A DNA stretch of 64,000 bases. Source: Aureliella sp. Lineage in GTDB: Bacteria; Planctomycetota; Planctomycetia; Pirellulales; Pirellulaceae. This document shows positions 60,819 to 64,000 of this stretch, in pieces. The DNA lies in assembly GCA_963691875.1 (NCBI GenBank), contig OY829846.1, forward strand, positions 4,128,001-4,192,000, in the 5' to 3' direction. The translations under genes and the position numbers were made by a program. Under the pieces are notes generated by a model. The model was not told the DNA's origin, searched no databases, and was given only the letters and a program-made list of their open reading frames with translations. The stretch's first letter is position 1; every line of letters begins with the position of its first letter.

Positions 60819-60829
60819 GAACTCATGCG

Positions 60830-62866
60830 ATGACTCAGCTTCAAGTCCTGCGATCTGTCTGCCCCTTGGATTGTCCCGACACTTGTGCACTGGATATCAC
60901 GGTGCAAGGCCACCGGATGCTTAAGTTGACCGGGCATTCTGAGCATCCTGTGACTCAGGGCTTCGCCTGCGTGAAGATGGCCAAGTATCCCTTGCGGCAG
61001 CATCACGAAGATCGCCTACGTTATCCGCTCAAGCGAGTGGGCACGAAGGGAGCGGGTAAGTTTCAGCGAGTCAGTTGGGACGAGGCGCTGGATGAGATAG
61101 CGGAAAGACTCCAAGGCAATGCGCAGGAGTTCGGCGAGCAGAGCTTACTGCCGTTTAGCTACGCCGGGACGATGGGGCTGATCGAGTGCGAGTATCCCAC
61201 GGCGTTCTTTCGCGCACTCGGAGCCAGTGAACTTGACTGGACGATTTGCGCGGCCACTGCCGGTGCAGGTTGGGAAGCCAACTACGGTCCCAACAAGATG
61301 TCGACTCCGCCGGAAAGTGTAGTGCATTCCAAGTTGGTCATCCTGTGGGGGATTAACGCTCTGCGGTCGAACAGCCATCTAGTGCCTTTCATGAAAAAGG
61401 CGAAGCATGCTGGTGCACGCGTTCTGCACATCGATCCGTATCGCAACGAGACCAGTCGCTTTGCCGATGAACACTGGCAAGTCAATGTCGGCAGCGATGC
61501 GGCTCTGGCCTTGGCGCTGGGACGTGAGGTCTTGCGGCAAGGTCTTGAGGACTCCAAGTACTTGCAGCAGTACGCAGTTGGCATCGAAGAATATCGCCAA
61601 GCTTGCGAACCCTGGACTCCGGAGCGAGCCGCCGAGTTATGCGGAATCGAAGCGGAGAAGATCAAAGAGCTGGCGAATGAGATTGGCAATGAGCCAGCGA
61701 CTTTCATCAAGATCGGCTACGGGATGACTCGGAATGAAGGTGGTGGAAATGCAGCGCGAGCCGTCACTCTCTTGCCAGCGTTGACCGGTGCTTGGCGGCA
61801 TCTTGGCGGAGGGGGAGCACTCTCGACCAGTGGTGGCTTTGGTTTGAACGAGAGCCGTTACTCGGGCAAGCATTTGCTCAAGAGCGGACGTCGTCACATC
61901 AATCAAAACCAGCTTGGCAAAGCCCTGAACGCGACGAAAGATCCAATTTCGACGCTGTTCGTCTACAACTCCAATCCAGCAGCAATCGCGCCCGATTCGA
62001 GTTCTGTGCTAAAAGGGTTCCGACGCGAAGATCTGTTCACCGTGGTACTTGAGCATTTCCAGACCGACACGGCGGACTACGCAGATTTTCTGTTGCCGGC
62101 TACCACTTTTGTAGAGCATCCCGACTTGTATAAATCCTATGGGCATTATCACTTGCAATGGGCCGAGCCAATTATGCCGCCATTGGAAGAGTGCCGGCCG
62201 AACAGCTGGGTATTCAAAGAGCTGGCAAAAAGACTGGGGCTGGAAGATGAGGTCTTCACAATGTCGACCGAAGAGCTTGCCACGGACTTGCTCGACAGCT
62301 CAGCGCCGCAGCTCGAAGGGATCACTTTGGAACAATTGAAGAAGGAACGAAGTGTCCCGCTTTATTTTGCCGGTGATTTCCGTCCGTATTCTGAAGGCAG
62401 CAACTTTGAGGATCGAAAGATTCGTTTTTCTCCTCCGCCGGAACAAGTTGAGTTCGCTGTGCAAACGTCCGAAGAGTTTCCTTTGCGGTTAATCTCGCCG
62501 CCAGGAGCATTTCTGTTGAATACGAGCATGGGCAATCTGGAGCCGATCATCAAAGCAGCCGGAGGCGAGCCGACGGTAATCGTGCATCCCGTCGATGCGG
62601 CAGAGCAGGGGATTACCGATGGTTCTCAGATTCAAATTGAAAGCAGCAAGGGTGCGATCCGCCGCAAGGCGATTGTCTCTACCGATGCAAAGAAAGGTGT
62701 GGTGGTAGCACTTGGACAGTGGTGGCCGAAGCTTGCTCCTGACAAGAAATCGCTGAACGAGCTCACCGATCAAGGACTTACGGATCTTGGTGGCGGAAGT
62801 CTATTTGGCAATGCAGTCGTACGGATACTCCCCGTCGCGCAGGCTTCTAGCCTTCCAGTGACATAG
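60830..62866 (+). CDS. molybdopterin oxidoreductase (DMSO reductase superfamily, N-terminal 4Fe-4S, cytoplasmic)
   Basis: CPLDCPDTC...C, RLRYPLKR, SWDEALD, YAGTMG, TIC, TDTADYAD.LLPATT and C-terminal dinucleotide-binding domain. Confidence 0.92.
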   Translation: MTQLQVLRSVCPLDCPDTCALDITVQGHRMLKLTGHSEHPVTQGFACVKMAKYPLRQHHEDRLRYPLKRVGTKGAGKFQRVSWDEALDEIAERLQGNAQEFGEQSLLPFSYAGTMGLIECEYPTAFFRALGASELDWTICAATAGAGWEANYGPNKMSTPPESVVHSKLVILWGINALRSNSHLVPFMKKAKHAGARVLHIDPYRNETSRFADEHWQVNVGSDAALALALGREVLRQGLEDSKYLQQYAVGIEEYRQACEPWTPERAAELCGIEAEKIKELANEIGNEPATFIKIGYGMTRNEGGGNAARAVTLLPALTGAWRHLGGGGALSTSGGFGLNESRYSGKHLLKSGRRHINQNQLGKALNATKDPISTLFVYNSNPAAIAPDSSSVLKGFRREDLFTVVLEHFQTDTADYADFLLPATTFVEHPDLYKSYGHYHLQWAEPIMPPLEECRPNSWVFKELAKRLGLEDEVFTMSTEELATDLLDSSAPQLEGITLEQLKKERSVPLYFAGDFRPYSEGSNFEDRKIRFSPPPEQVEFAVQTSEEFPLRLISPPGAFLLNTSMGNLEPIIKAAGGEPTVIVHPVDAAEQGITDGSQIQIESSKGAIRRKAIVSTDAKKGVVVALGQWWPKLAPDKKSLNELTDQGLTDLGGGSLFGNAVVRILPVAQASSLPVT

Positions 62867-62924
62867 TTTTCCAGCCTGTGTTCTACGCAAGAATTCGGTT
62901 CCCACAGGCTGGAAGCCTTTGCTA
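62834..62924. repeat. REP-like cluster (CAGGCTTCCAGCCTGTG family)
   Basis: ttccagcctgtg (62869-62880) and cacaggctggaa (62903-62914) form a perfect 12-bp inverted repeat. A related arm at 62834-62853 lies inside the last codons of the oxidoreductase gene. Confidence 0.7.
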
Positions 62925-62941
62925 GGTCAGAACACGTGCTA

Positions 62942-64000
62942 CTACTTGGGGAGTTTCACCTTTGCGGGTTTCTCTTTCTTGGGTTCATCAATAGTTGGTG
63001 GGAAGCCATTGAGTTGTCGCCAGATCTCGTAGCCCAACGGCACTTGATTCAACAGCACCTAACCATTGGCTCGTACTCCTTGGCGCAATCTATCCAGTGG
63101 CCAGTCGATATCTACGTCACGATGGATGTCGGGAGTTACCAATACTCGGAAGTTCCCTTTGCCGTCGTCGGTGGGGAAGACGCGATTGACCTTGCCGCCA
63201 AAAGTTCCGATGGCAACAGACGGCCAGCCAACAAATTGCACCGCAGGCCAACCCTCCATCTGTAGTCGAACTTGGTCGCCCTCGTGGATTAGCGGCATGT
63301 CATTTCCAGATACCATCATTTCGATCGCCATATCGGTTGCTTCTGGGACTACAACAAACATCGGATCGCCTTCCTTCACGGTATTACTACCTTCCAGGCC
63401 GTACCACTGCTGAATGTACCCGCTACGCGGAGCGCTGATTTCCAAGCGTCCCAAGACTTCCTGCCGTTTCTTTTCTAAGACTGCGAGTTCTTTGTTGAAA
63501 GATGCCACTTTTGATTCCTCATCTCGAACCTTGGCATTGGCAATCTCCATCTTGGACTTTAGATCCTCATTCTTCGAATCAACTTCTTTCTCTTTGCCGC
63601 CAAGATTTGCTTTAGATTCCTCGACGTAGTCGCCAGCTTTCATCGATTTTTGTCTCGCCGCTTCGACGGCTTGTCGTTTGGCAACTAATTCACCTTTGGA
63701 GCCGATACCGACTTTGATTACATCTTCTGCGATACGAAGGTCGTTTTCCTTCGCAGCGAGTTCTGCGTCGACGGCCGCCGCTTCTTTTTCGGCTTGAGCC
63801 AGCTTTTGTTTGGCAACTTTTAATTGTTCTTCCAGGGAGAACCGCATTAGTTCATTGCTGGATTCTTGCAGTTCCACCACACGTTCTGCATTCTTGACAC
63901 GTTCCTTCGCGGCTCGCATTTGGATGTCCAACGCAGCAAATTGAAGCTCGAATTGCTGTTCGGCTCCCTCTGCAGCTGGCACGAGTACGATCAGAGGCTC
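62942..64000 (-). CDS. HlyD-family efflux/secretion adaptor (5' truncated; in-frame TAG at 63059-63061)
   Basis: Coiled coil, ISAPRSG, VKEGDP, VRLQ.EGWPAVQFVGWPSVA.GTFGG, then RANG*VLLNQVPLGYEIWRQLNGFPP. Confidence 0.85.

Noticed and set aside
25170..63061. Genome-wide TAG reassignment or pyrrolysine, suggested by two in-frame TAGs
   Set aside because: Many intact genes end in TAG at natural C-termini (pyrG, DUF1844, the VPS10 protein, the HD protein). One affected gene also has a frameshift, and no pyl genes are seen.
1..64000. tRNA, rRNA, integrase, transposase, prophage or defence genes
   Set aside because: None could be recognised in the sequence.

Overview
This window is gene-dense chromosomal DNA from a planctomycete, probably Pirellulales-like. 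The call rests on DUF1501, two DUF1549/DUF1553 proteins, a DUF1559 prepilin protein, an SHD1 protein and a sulfatase. It contains a divergent type II secretion/type IV filament-like locus (three GspF/PilC paralogues, one short ATPase, four prepilin-like genes), a variant arginine succinyltransferase cluster (astA, astD, astB plus an M20 hydrolase and an atypical aminotransferase, with no astE), and a BlaI repressor with operator palindromes ahead of a broken M56-secretin-like gene. It also carries pyrG, kdsB, hisA, an ABC operon, two molybdoenzymes and several REP/REPIN-like palindrome families. The best hidden signal is that two split ORFs (48835-48596 and 48454-47651) are one reading frame joined by an in-frame UGA in a CxxU motif. 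The UGA is followed by a SECIS-like hairpin, giving a predicted exported deiodinase-like thioredoxin-fold selenoprotein with EF-hands. Also notable are a GTAG-REP doublet inserted in frame inside astB, two in-frame amber stops and a decayed sensor kinase. All family assignments come from motif recognition by eye; no database searches were run.
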